Shown piece by piece: positions 63,314 to 64,000 of a DNA stretch of 64,000 bases (within the stretch, counting starts at the first letter, position 1; every line of letters begins with the position of its first letter). The stretch is from an uncultured Oscillospiraceae bacterium (GTDB lineage Bacteria; Bacillota; Clostridia; Oscillospirales; Oscillospiraceae), in assembly GCA_964454215.1 (NCBI GenBank), contig CAYVSU010000001.1, positions 22,238 through 86,237 on the forward strand, in the 5' to 3' direction. A program made the position numbers and the translations under genes. Below the pieces are notes generated by a model. The model was not told the origin of the DNA. It worked only from the letters and a program-made list of their open reading frames with translations, and made no database searches.

Positions 63314-64000
63314 TTATTGCTGCACCCAAAGGGCAAGTGCAGGAAAAATATTGTAAATTCGCGCAAAAATACCTGCCATCTCACGGGACGGATCCACTGG
63401 TGTCATAGAGCCAACCTCAACAGTTAAGGATGGGATTCCCAAAGAGTCAATAGCCCAATCCTTATAGCCAGCAGAGTCCAGACCGTAATCATTCATAATC
63501 ACGTAGCCGGAGATGTCTCGAATCTTTTCTGCCAGCTTCAAAGAAAGATAATTTGTGTTCGAATTATCGCCGTACATATAATAAAGCACATTGCCTTTTG
63601 TGTGGAAACTAAGTGTCGCTTGAAAGGCGTAACGCAAGGTGTAGTCCCGAAGTGCGCGGGTTTCTGACGCCGAAAATGTTGCTTCACCGGCATAAAGCTT
63701 ATAGGAAGGCTGGGTAACGCCGTCGACAATGCCCCAACCTGCATCAAAATTTCGGTTCAGATCAACACCCAGCCCGTTGGCTTTCCACACCGTGGCATAA
63801 GCGCTCATAGAAAGATCTGTGTATCCCAGAGAAATATCTCGGTAATAAATTTCCTTTTGGGCATCCGTTAACTGACCGGTTTGTGCGATTGCAACACCGT
63901 CCGGATTCACCATTGGGATGATGTGATAGCATACATCGCCGTAGCCCAGCATACCGTGGTCCAGCCAGTAATCTGTCATAGCCATAATGAGCCAAGTAGT
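63314..64000 (-). CDS. M14 family zinc carboxypeptidase (5' part outside window)
   Basis: PMVNPDG, WKAN..GVDLNRNF, ETRAL, SFHTKG, GYKDW, TVEVG. Confidence 0.88.
   Translation of the reverse strand, partial: TTWLIMAMTDYWLDHGMLGYGDVCYHIIPMVNPDGVAIAQTGQLTDAQKEIYYRDISLGYTDLSMSAYATVWKANGLGVDLNRNFDAGWGIVDGVTQPSYKLYAGEATFSASETRALRDYTLRYAFQATLSFHTKGNVLYYMYGDNSNTNYLSLKLAEKIRDISGYVIMNDYGLDSAGYKDWAIDSLGIPSLTVEVGSMTPVDPSREMAGIFARIYNIFPALALWVQQ

Overview
Core-chromosome segment of a spore-forming Clostridia bacterium (gene content suggests Oscillospiraceae or a relative; inferred, not searched). It carries sporulation genes (spoIIGA-sigE, yunB, ylbJ, yqfCD, spoIIM-like, cwlD, fused cotJAB-cotJC), DNA repair and replication genes (pcrA, ligA, recO, mutS2, uvrC, radA, recA-recX, dnaE) and housekeeping genes. 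I found no rRNA, tRNA, CRISPR array or intact transposase. Genes are almost all on the + strand up to about 29 kb and almost all on the - strand after about 38 kb, which suggests the replication terminus. At that junction is the best candidate for an undescribed system. It consists of an XerS-like tyrosine recombinase (37040-38044) and a perfect 14-6-14 inverted repeat (36284-36317) with the AAAA-N6-TTTT core recalled from single-recombinase dif sites. The repeat overlaps a sigma-A promoter aimed at the recombinase, and an HD-hydrolase gene lies between them. Other notable items: a BlaI/M56/lipoprotein cassette flanked by two homologous hairpins, an esterase-esterase-ATP-grasp operon of unknown function, a sortase-anchored tandem OB-fold protein, a Rex paralog with a 16-bp-periodic operator, and two pseudogenes not resolved by the ORF track.
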